Assembly: GCA_002725475.1 (NCBI GenBank)
Contig: PBPH01000011.1
Coordinates: 1 to 49,887 of the forward strand
Direction: 5' to 3'
Source of the DNA: Methanobacteriota archaeon
Lineage (GTDB): Archaea; Thermoplasmatota; Poseidoniia; Poseidoniales; Thalassarchaeaceae
DNA length: 49,887 bases
Shown here one piece after another: positions 42,653 through 49,887 of this stretch. The translations under genes were made by a program, and so were the position numbers. Under the pieces are notes generated by a model that made no database searches, was not told the origin of the DNA, and saw only the letters and a program-made list of their open reading frames with translations. Each line of letters begins with the position of its first letter. The stretch's first letter is position 1.

Positions 42653-44893
42653 ATGTATAATCCGCCTACGGCGGATATTAAGCAAACCCTCATGTCCTTG
42701 AACCTCTTGGTGTTGCATATGTCTGGGGGCCCGCCATCTGTGGAAGACGCTTATCCACTACCCGATGATATACATGTAAATGAGGACGGTTTCATACCTC
42801 CTGAGGATTTGGTGGCACATTTCGATGCAGATCACGATGGAAATGTTACAGCAGAAGAATTTGTAGAAGTTTCAAACTACGATAAACTAGACAAGAACCT
42901 AGAACGAATCAAAAATCGTAGAAGTGGTAGAAAGGGCATTTTCCGTGGCCCTGAGGGTTTGACGTTCCTTGGTGGGTTAGCATACGGCCTCGTATTTTTC
43001 GGTCTCCTATCTGCGATGTCATCAGGATTATTAGGCAATGAAATCAATGATTCAGTTTGGCTCGATCAAAAGGTATCAGATTCTCCGCTAGATCCTGCAG
43101 GTGAATGTTTGGACAGTTCCGGAGTGGTTTGGATTAATATTTGGGCAGATAATGATGCAAAAAAAATACGAATGCGGGTATTTAACGCAGAACCATTCGA
43201 AGATGAATCCAAGGATCTTAGGTGGGTACTTTCCAATGAAGAGAAGCAGGTTGCTGAATCAAGTATAGGAAATCGTTCTGAAGGTTATTTTGATTTTGCT
43301 CCTTACAATGATGGAGAATATGTCCTGAATGTATTTTTCCACAATACTTCAAATTACAATATGTCTGAACACGATAATTCCTCTGCAGATGCTCCGCTTT
43401 ACACAGATGGTCCAGTTACATTGACTCTTGACATCCATACTAGTAAGTCCACATTACCTTGGGTGGATGAATCTGAAAAGGTTAAGGAAGCCAGCTTAGT
43501 CGAGGATGGTGATAGGGTTTGCTTGACCCTTCGTCAATTAGGTGGTTGGGGTTGGGCCCTAATGACTGCTGAATGGGCAGGGGGGCGTGAAACTGCAATG
43601 CTCACAGGCGGTTCGGCAGGAGTGCCTGCTTGGTGGATGGCTTTCATCTCCCTCTCGATGAGTGTATTTTTCCTCTGTGTTCAGTACCCCCTAATGTATC
43701 GGTTCTATCACAAAGAAATAGATGACATTCTAAGTGAGGATGAAATTCGTAGGATTGTTCAAAGATCTTTGGAAAGGTGCGAACAGAAATTCCACTTGTC
43801 TATTGATTGGACCGAGTACAAGATGCAGAAAAGGTCACTTTCAATTGATGTTCTTGTTCCTTACAGAGCCACTCAATCCGCAGTAATTGAGGCAGGTCAA
43901 GTTACAACTGCAATGTTGAAAGAGGTTTTAGAAGATTTCAAAATTTATGGTGAATTGACACCTTTACAATTGAAAGCTAGGGCGCTTGATGACCATCACG
44001 GTGCATTTGAATCACTGTCCCAAGGGCGTGGCGATATAGAACTTCCAGAATTAAATGTTGAGAGGCCTGCTTTAGTGCAGGATTACTCCGATTTCTTTAG
44101 CGGTATCCACAATTCTGCAGCATTGGAAAAGCATGTTGAAGGTTGTATCAAAGATTTTTTGAGCAACAACAAACTGGAAGGTTACCATTTGATTGGAGTA
44201 GATAATAATACTGTTGTAATTAGGTTGATTTACAAACCAAAAATGCGTTTCGCTTTCCTCAAATTCGCCAAATCATATTTTGAAATTCAGGATGAATTGA
44301 AAGCACATCTGTATAGAACAGTTCCAAAGGATTCTGACAATCTTGAATTCGTTGTTTCGTGTCGAAATGAAATTGCAACTTTAGCAGACCGTTCAGGAGC
44401 GGGTAGGACTGAAAGTGGAGTAGGTGAGCACCAAGGTCAAGCATTCGTTGCCCGTCAAGATGGAATTGCAGGAACAATCCTTCAGAGTCAGTTCATGGGC
44501 GATATTCTATCTTCTGTTGAGTACGTTGCGCACGAGAATCGCGAAAAAATTGACCGTTGGGGATTCTTTGGGCTAATTGTATTCGTTTGGATTCCCTTCA
44601 TGGCCTCAGGAGTACTTGTAGGAGCTATGATGGGGCTAGTTGCCCGAATGCCATTCCTACGTGTTTTGACAGCGTGTTTCATCGGTGGTGCAGCAGCATC
44701 AGTTACTTGGGCATATACTGCTGAAAGCATTATTGAAGTATTGCATGCACTAAATGCTGAATTGTTCATCCCAATTATCATCGGAGTGATTTTCATCGCT
44801 GCAATTATGCATATTAGAACTAACAAGAGGCGGAGAAAAGAAAAATTATTCCAGGGTTCGATTAAATTTTTCAAGGGTGAAACTACTGAATAA
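42653..44893 (+). CDS. Multi-domain membrane protein with an N-terminal EF-hand loop and a C-terminal small-multidrug-export-like (PF06695-like) membrane domain
   Basis: 746 aa. A canonical EF-hand loop DADHDGNVTAEE lies at nt 42824-42859. The protein has a TM, a beta-rich lumenal or extracellular segment, further TMs and a soluble middle domain. The C-terminal WGFFGLIVFVWIPFMASGVLVGAMMGLV resembles the Sm_multidrug_ex pattern. The start codon is uncertain, with several in-frame Met. Confidence 0.6.
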   Translation: MYNPPTADIKQTLMSLNLLVLHMSGGPPSVEDAYPLPDDIHVNEDGFIPPEDLVAHFDADHDGNVTAEEFVEVSNYDKLDKNLERIKNRRSGRKGIFRGPEGLTFLGGLAYGLVFFGLLSAMSSGLLGNEINDSVWLDQKVSDSPLDPAGECLDSSGVVWINIWADNDAKKIRMRVFNAEPFEDESKDLRWVLSNEEKQVAESSIGNRSEGYFDFAPYNDGEYVLNVFFHNTSNYNMSEHDNSSADAPLYTDGPVTLTLDIHTSKSTLPWVDESEKVKEASLVEDGDRVCLTLRQLGGWGWALMTAEWAGGRETAMLTGGSAGVPAWWMAFISLSMSVFFLCVQYPLMYRFYHKEIDDILSEDEIRRIVQRSLERCEQKFHLSIDWTEYKMQKRSLSIDVLVPYRATQSAVIEAGQVTTAMLKEVLEDFKIYGELTPLQLKARALDDHHGAFESLSQGRGDIELPELNVERPALVQDYSDFFSGIHNSAALEKHVEGCIKDFLSNNKLEGYHLIGVDNNTVVIRLIYKPKMRFAFLKFAKSYFEIQDELKAHLYRTVPKDSDNLEFVVSCRNEIATLADRSGAGRTESGVGEHQGQAFVARQDGIAGTILQSQFMGDILSSVEYVAHENREKIDRWGFFGLIVFVWIPFMASGVLVGAMMGLVARMPFLRVLTACFIGGAAASVTWAYTAESIIEVLHALNAELFIPIIIGVIFIAAIMHIRTNKRRRKEKLFQGSIKFFKGETTE

Positions 44894-44944
44894 ATTGCAT
44901 ATTTAGGGTATAAATCAAATCCCTCCGGCTATTTTGAACCGTAC

Positions 44945-45301
44945 ATGGTGTGGTGGCAATTGGTTGTACGAGGTCTTCTATCAGGGGGTTTAGTTGTAGG
45001 TGCAAGCGAGTTAGCAAAGCGGAACGAATTGATGGGAGCCTTACTAGTTTCAATTCCTTTGATTTCTATTCTAGCAATAATTTGGTTATACAACGACTCT
45101 TCCGATACAGAGCAGGTTGCTAACTTCACTACAGGCATTCTATGGCTGGTAATTCCCTCTTTGACCTTATTTATCTCATTACCAATATTCCTACGTAGAG
45201 GAATTGAGTTTTGGCCAGCACTAGGTGCTGCTTGCCTCTTGACAATTATTGCTTACTATATCGGTGTGCAACTAGCTACAAAGTATTCAGAAATTACTTG
45301 A
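44945..45301 (+). CDS. Small 4-TM membrane protein (DUF3147-like, tentative)
   Basis: 118 aa, almost entirely hydrophobic helices (LLSGGLVVGASELAKR..., LLVSIPLISILAIIWLY, ILWLVIPSLTLFISLPIF, ALGAACLLTIIAYYIG). Confidence 0.55.
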   Translation: MVWWQLVVRGLLSGGLVVGASELAKRNELMGALLVSIPLISILAIIWLYNDSSDTEQVANFTTGILWLVIPSLTLFISLPIFLRRGIEFWPALGAACLLTIIAYYIGVQLATKYSEIT

Positions 45302-47731
45302 TTACTGTGATAGGTTCTTGACATTCTCAACTAGATCCATTTTCTTGATCCTCCACATTCCAAAGGGTGTCAAAGAGATTGAGATAAATACAACAATTCC
45401 AATAAGTAGGAAGATAGATTCATTGGAAGGTGCGACGGTGAAATAAGCCGTCCAAGTAATGAATGATGCCATCAACAATTTCGTCCCCAGAATTGAGAAA
45501 ACGCAACCCAATATTCCGCCAACTAATCCTATTCCAAGATGTTCTCCAAATAGCATCAATCCTAGTCGATTATTGGATGCGCCCAAGACTCTGAGGGTGG
45601 CCAATTCAGTATCTCTCTCTGCTAGGTTCATGACGAGTGTGTTGAACAATACAGCGACGGCAATCAAGATCCCTAAGCCCTCTATTGCTAGGTAAATTCC
45701 TTCTTGTTCTTCCATGAGTTTTTCAAAGGAAATGAGCGTATCCTCTCTCTCTGTAATCCCCAATGAGCTCTGAGCCAATTGTCCGTCAGGTTCCACTCCC
45801 TCTGGCAATTGAAGCATCACAACTGTGGCTTCCAATCCAATGACTTCGGCTAAATCGGCACGGTGGAAATAAACTGTACGGGAAATTTCACCTATGGTGA
45901 AACCAGTGATTTTGACCTCTACAGTTTTAGTTCCGAAAACGATTGATTGAGTGTCACCAATATCCCAACCGAGGAAATGATTGATCCCCTCATCAACTAG
46001 GACTTCAGGAATGTCCTGATTCGCAGACGGTAAATTTCCTTCTGAAAGATGTACCAAATACATCGATTCGCCGGCCTCAGTGGCGACATTTTGAAGTCCA
46101 TAAGCTGTCAATTGTCGATTATCTCCCTCAGGATTGCCGGGGAAGATAATCATGAGTTCATGTTCAGCCTCATTTTCATCTGCCCATTCAACGATGGCAT
46201 CTTCATTGCCCATTGTGAATGCCTGAGCGTCCCAACTTTGTCGTTTTTCTAAACCTCCAAGGAAGATTTCGCCAAAGGAATCCATCATTATTACCATTGA
46301 TCCAAAAATCAACATTGAAAGTCCCACGGCAAAGAATGTCAGCATCAATCGAACCGGTTTTCGGACGCTGGAGCGAATGGTCAATCCAACGGTTGCAGGT
46401 AACTTTGAAGTCATCTTCTGCAATTTTCTAGAAGAGACGCGAATTTCGTGCTGCCCAAGCAACACTTCCAGTGGTTGCAACCTAGATGCCTGCCAAGCAG
46501 GTCTTAACCCCGATAAGAACGAGATTAGCATTGCAATTATTACAATCTCACTCACTAAATTTGTTGGCAACGAAGGATTAGTGATAGGTATTCCAATGAT
46601 GTCTTCATACATTGAAAGCATGGCAGGAGCTCCAAAAAATACGCCAGGAATTGCACCCAATACACAACCAATGGCCCCAATGAAAATCGGAGCGATGACG
46701 TAACCGGGCATTATCGACATGCGCTTCACTCCAAGTGTGCGAAGAACTGCAATTTCCTTGGCCTGTGACTGTATCAATCGCTGTAGGCTTAGGAAAATGG
46801 TGATTCCTGCGACGACCGCTAGCATTCCTGTAATGACTGGATAGGATTTCATTGCCCCTTCTGCATCGGCCCGCAAGAATTCGACCGAAGTGACTCCTGT
46901 GCGATCATAAACACCCATCGGCGAATCATCGTTATCTGCTGCAATTGCTGAAATATCTGTGATTAGAGATGTCAAACCATTCGCATCTGCATCTTGTGAA
47001 TCCGGTGTCCCAACAACATCAATCAACAATAAATTAGATTCACCTGCGCTCAAATTTGCAAGCGCTTCAAGCCCCTCATCCGTCATGTAACCAGTCACAA
47101 ATGTTCCCGGTTGTGCAGGCAGAATTTCACCTTCTATTGTGAAGTACAAATGATTAGAATGGAAACCGATGCCTACCACAGTATAGTTCAATGCAAAGCC
47201 GGCACCTGCGCTGATATTGACGATATCACCGAGCCCAAGGTGGAGTCCCTCGGCTGCATGCTGGTCGATAACAATCTCATCGACTGCAGAGGCTAATCTT
47301 CCAGAACAGCAATCGTGTTCAGGAATCCAAACTTTGTCAACTTCACCTTCGTCAATTCCATGCCAAACAGCAGGTATCATGCCAACATCTTCATCTTCAC
47401 TGAAAAATTGGCCATTGGATTTGAGGCGAGGTTCACAATAATCCAATTCAAAGTTTTCACTTTGCCACTGATTACGAATTTCTTGGCAGAGGTTCTCAGA
47501 GGTCGTAGCATTCCAATTTCCAGCATTGTTCTCAACCCAGACATCGGGTAGATTTACACCCTGTTCATTATCTTGATAGATGTCATCGTAAAGATTGGAA
47601 GCAGAATAAGCGTAAGCGCCGAAGGAAATTCCAGCGAAGGTACCAATAGCCACCATCAGAATTACTGCTGAAAGGCGTAACTTCGTGCGCCAAAGGCTTC
47701 TTGCGAGCCTCTTTGTCAGCAGCATGGACAT
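45302..47731 (-). CDS. ABC transporter permease with two FtsX/MacB-type domains
   Basis: 809 aa. RLARSLWRTKLRLSAVILMVAIG is a typical FtsX-family N-terminus. There are two 4-TM FtsX modules (LRTLGVKRMSI... and LRVLGASNNRL...), each preceded by a large extracytoplasmic domain. Confidence 0.85.
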   Translation of the reverse strand: MSMLLTKRLARSLWRTKLRLSAVILMVAIGTFAGISFGAYAYSASNLYDDIYQDNEQGVNLPDVWVENNAGNWNATTSENLCQEIRNQWQSENFELDYCEPRLKSNGQFFSEDEDVGMIPAVWHGIDEGEVDKVWIPEHDCCSGRLASAVDEIVIDQHAAEGLHLGLGDIVNISAGAGFALNYTVVGIGFHSNHLYFTIEGEILPAQPGTFVTGYMTDEGLEALANLSAGESNLLLIDVVGTPDSQDADANGLTSLITDISAIAADNDDSPMGVYDRTGVTSVEFLRADAEGAMKSYPVITGMLAVVAGITIFLSLQRLIQSQAKEIAVLRTLGVKRMSIMPGYVIAPIFIGAIGCVLGAIPGVFFGAPAMLSMYEDIIGIPITNPSLPTNLVSEIVIIAMLISFLSGLRPAWQASRLQPLEVLLGQHEIRVSSRKLQKMTSKLPATVGLTIRSSVRKPVRLMLTFFAVGLSMLIFGSMVIMMDSFGEIFLGGLEKRQSWDAQAFTMGNEDAIVEWADENEAEHELMIIFPGNPEGDNRQLTAYGLQNVATEAGESMYLVHLSEGNLPSANQDIPEVLVDEGINHFLGWDIGDTQSIVFGTKTVEVKITGFTIGEISRTVYFHRADLAEVIGLEATVVMLQLPEGVEPDGQLAQSSLGITEREDTLISFEKLMEEQEGIYLAIEGLGILIAVAVLFNTLVMNLAERDTELATLRVLGASNNRLGLMLFGEHLGIGLVGGILGCVFSILGTKLLMASFITWTAYFTVAPSNESIFLLIGIVVFISISLTPFGMWRIKKMDLVENVKNLSQ

Positions 47732-47740
47732 TGAATCACC

Positions 47741-48421
47741 TCAATTATTTACCTTTTCATCTGAAATTATTTTTCCACTATCTAGTCGTACAACTCTAGT
47801 TGCATATTTTGCTAGAGATTCATCGTGAGTGACCATGATTACTGTAATCTCCTCAGCTTCGCATGCTTTAACAAGAACTTCCATCACTTTAGTAGAAGTC
47901 GCAGAGTCTAGATTCCCTGTAAGTTCGTCACCCAGCAATAATTTAGGGCTCTTGGCTAAACTTCTAGCAATTGCTACTCGCTGTTGTTGCCCGCCACTAA
48001 TTTCCCCAGGGAATCTGTCAACTTCACCTTCTAGTCCAACCAATTTGAGCAATTCCAAAGCTCTATTCTTGTCACGTCCATCAGATAATTCCTGAATCAA
48101 AAGTATATTTTCTAACACTGTTAGATCTTGTAGTAGGTTGAAAAATTGAAAAACATATCCAATATTTTCTCTCCGAAAAGAGGTCATTTTCTCTGAATGC
48201 CCACGAGGTACTTCATGTCCTTCAAAAGTATATTTTCCAGCAGTAGGGTTGTCTAATGCTGCAACACAATTCAACAGAGTAGTCTTACCAGATCCTGATG
48301 GTCCAAGCAAAATTATCCGTTCCCCTTTATCGATATTCAAATCTATTCCATCAAGTGCTTTTACAGTCTCCGAAGGCATTACATAATGCCTTTTCATATC
48401 AGAAATTTCAACTAGACTCAT
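47741..48421 (-). CDS. ABC transporter ATP-binding protein (MacB/LolD-like)
   Basis: Walker A GPSGSGKTT, FRRENIGYVFQFFNLL, signature ISGGQQQRVAIARSL and Walker B LLLGDELTGNLD. Confidence 0.92.
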   Translation of the reverse strand: MSLVEISDMKRHYVMPSETVKALDGIDLNIDKGERIILLGPSGSGKTTLLNCVAALDNPTAGKYTFEGHEVPRGHSEKMTSFRRENIGYVFQFFNLLQDLTVLENILLIQELSDGRDKNRALELLKLVGLEGEVDRFPGEISGGQQQRVAIARSLAKSPKLLLGDELTGNLDSATSTKVMEVLVKACEAEEITVIMVTHDESLAKYATRVVRLDSGKIISDEKVNN

Positions 48422-48487
48422 AATCTCAGTTATGGGACAGGTTTTGTGTATGTCTACTTTTCTTAGACCATTATTAGAATAAACTAC

Positions 48488-49306
48488 TTGCAGTCAGTTA
48501 TTTTCGAAAGGATTGGGGGCATAATATTGAGAGTAGTAACTTGGAATCTCAATGGCATTCGTGCTGCTCATCGTAAAGGCATGGATGATTTTGTAAATGA
48601 CATAGATGCCGATGTGTGGTTATTCCAAGAGGTACGAGCTTTGCCTGAACAAATGCCAAGTGGTTGGAGTGCTGCTCCTGGTCATGAAGTAATTTGGCAT
48701 CCCGCTGAAAAAAAGGGATATTCAGGGGTATCCACTTGGTCTAGGGTTGAAATGACTGAACAAGGCCGTGGGATTGATACTGAATTGGATCCCCAAGATT
48801 TGGAGGGAAGAGTGCTTCATACCAAGCATGGAGAATTGGACTGTGTCAATATCTATTTGCCAAATGGTGGGGCTAGTATTGAGAGACAACAATATAAAGA
48901 CAAATGGCTAGAAGATTTGTTAATTTGGTCTCAGAAATTTATTGATTCTGATAAGCCAGCATTACTTTGCGGTGACTTGAATATAGCACATACTGAAAAT
49001 GATATTTGGAACCCTTCAGGGAATAGGAGGACCTCTGGCTTTTTACCTCATGAGAGGGAATGGTTCACTCGTTTATTGGCAACTGGTTGGAATGATTTAT
49101 TGCGGATTCAAGTTGGTGATGTGAAAGGTCCCTATTCATGGTGGTCTAATCGCGGTCAAGCAAGAGTGTTGAATCGTGGTTGGAGAATAGATTATGTTCT
49201 TGCAAATCATGCTGCAAAGGAGTTATTCAAATCTGCTAAAATATTGAGAGAAGGTGGACTTGTAGTTTCAGATCACGCTCCTTTAATTGTTGATTTGAAT
49301 ATGTAA
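48488..49306 (+). CDS. xth: Exodeoxyribonuclease III (AP endonuclease)
   Basis: VVTWNLNGIRA, LFQEVRA, GYSGVSTWS, CGDLNIAHTENDIWNP, WWSNRG, RIDYVL and SDHAPLIVDL. The track start at 48488 is TTG. An in-frame TTG at 48527 would give the canonical MRVVTWNLNG N-terminus. Confidence 0.9.
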   Translation: MQSVIFERIGGIILRVVTWNLNGIRAAHRKGMDDFVNDIDADVWLFQEVRALPEQMPSGWSAAPGHEVIWHPAEKKGYSGVSTWSRVEMTEQGRGIDTELDPQDLEGRVLHTKHGELDCVNIYLPNGGASIERQQYKDKWLEDLLIWSQKFIDSDKPALLCGDLNIAHTENDIWNPSGNRRTSGFLPHEREWFTRLLATGWNDLLRIQVGDVKGPYSWWSNRGQARVLNRGWRIDYVLANHAAKELFKSAKILREGGLVVSDHAPLIVDLNM

Positions 49307-49333
49307 TACTTAGCGACATACTTTAGCATGGCT

Positions 49334-49351
49334 GCGCCCCCTTAGGGGCGC
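49334..49351 (+). other. GC-rich hairpin between xth and the aldolase gene
   Basis: gcgcccc-ctta-ggggcgc is a perfect 7-bp stem with a 4-nt loop. No downstream T-tract is present. It lies 14 nt upstream of the ATG at 49365. Confidence 0.3.
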
Positions 49352-49364
49352 AAGCGGTGTGGAG

Positions 49365-49887
49365 ATGGCTGAAACAGATATTGAGGAATTACGTGAAGAG
49401 CGTTTGAAAAGACTTCTTCCAACAGGCAGGGGAGTTTGGATTCCAATTGATCATGGGGCATCTGATTGGCCTGTTGATGGGTTACAAGACATTGGTACTT
49501 TAGTCGAAGAAATTACAAGAGGAAGGGGTGCTGATGCAATTGTTTGCCACCGTGGTCCATTAAAATCACATTATGATAATACCCATGATAATTGGCGTGG
49601 CGGATGGGTTCTTCACCTATCGGTATCTACGCGTCATAGTGGCGATAAAGCAGGCTGGAAAGTTCTTGCTGGTGAAGCCGTAAATGTAGTAGTATCAGCA
49701 GTTGAAAGAGGCGCGACTGGAGTGAGTGTTCAAGTTAATTTAGGAGATGAACATGAATCCAATATGTTGGCTACACTTGCATCTGTTGCAGACGAATGTC
49801 AATTATTAGGTGTGCCTTTATTGGGTATGATGTACCCAAGGGGAGAATATCTAAAATTAATGGATGGTGATGATACCAATGGCGTGG
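49365..49887 (+). CDS. DhnA-type class I aldolase family protein (fructose-bisphosphate aldolase / ADH synthase-like), 3'-truncated by the window end
   Basis: My own translation; the ORF is not in the track because no stop falls in the window: MAETDIEELREERLKRLLPTGRGVWIPIDHGASDWPVDGL...GADAIVCHRG...ERGATGVSVQVNLGDEHESNMLATLASVADECQLLGVPLLGMMYPRGE. This matches the archaeal class I aldolase pattern (IPxDHG, GADAxxxH, VxVNxG, GxPLLxMxYPRG). Confidence 0.75.
   Translation, partial: MAETDIEELREERLKRLLPTGRGVWIPIDHGASDWPVDGLQDIGTLVEEITRGRGADAIVCHRGPLKSHYDNTHDNWRGGWVLHLSVSTRHSGDKAGWKVLAGEAVNVVVSAVERGATGVSVQVNLGDEHESNMLATLASVADECQLLGVPLLGMMYPRGEYLKLMDGDDTNGV

Noticed and set aside
1-49887. CRISPR arrays, IS elements/transposases, integrases, prophage or toxin-antitoxin and other recognisable defence modules, and rRNA genes
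   Set aside because: No regularly spaced direct repeats, no transposase, integrase or recombinase motifs, and no known defence-gene signatures appeared in any frame. Intergenic space is too small to hide an array or an rRNA. The only repeats seen are in-frame coding repeats (RGG, TSP3, FG-GAP and propeller units).

Overview
The window is gene-dense, with about 45 genes and almost no non-coding space. It is moderately AT-rich and reads as an archaeal chromosome segment. The source is most likely an uncultured marine planktonic euryarchaeote (MG-II/Poseidoniales-like). That placement is inference from a Gar1 homologue, an NFACT/Rqc2 protein, a PGF-CTERM-type anchor, a tRNA-Gln with an A1-U72 pair, a DhnA-type class I aldolase and giant acidic surface proteins.

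Housekeeping genes are 2-oxoacid:ferredoxin oxidoreductase (korAB), aconitase, SAH hydrolase, a membrane-anchored cyclophilin, an aldo/keto reductase, cdd-upp pyrimidine salvage, Xth, an AlkD-like repair protein, GpsA, tRNA-Gln(CUG) and tRNA-Leu(UAG). Between them lie accessory envelope genes. These include two giant surface proteins (about 2130 aa with FG-GAP and CARDB-like domains; 1205 aa with a propeller, TSP3 repeats, a TM helix and a zinc ribbon), several smaller anchored secreted proteins, and three ABC transporter loci.

I saw no CRISPR array, IS element, integrase, prophage or rRNA.

Two items stand out:
- A single-lobe transferrin-like binding protein (33025-34065) has the Fe(III) and carbonate ligand positions apparently conserved. 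It is wired to a PhnC/PhnE-type ABC importer.
- A Gar1-like protein (27271-27987) is fused to a perfect RanBP2-type zinc finger and an RGG/GAR repeat tail, which is a eukaryote-like architecture.

Secondary items are a bacterial-type gpsA in an archaeal context, a LemA/GIDE-like pair, a Nudix-MBL fusion, an unlisted 59-aa zinc-ribbon ORF, cytoplasmic tails on the giant adhesins, and several hairpin or palindrome elements. All family assignments are motif recognition by eye; no searches were run.
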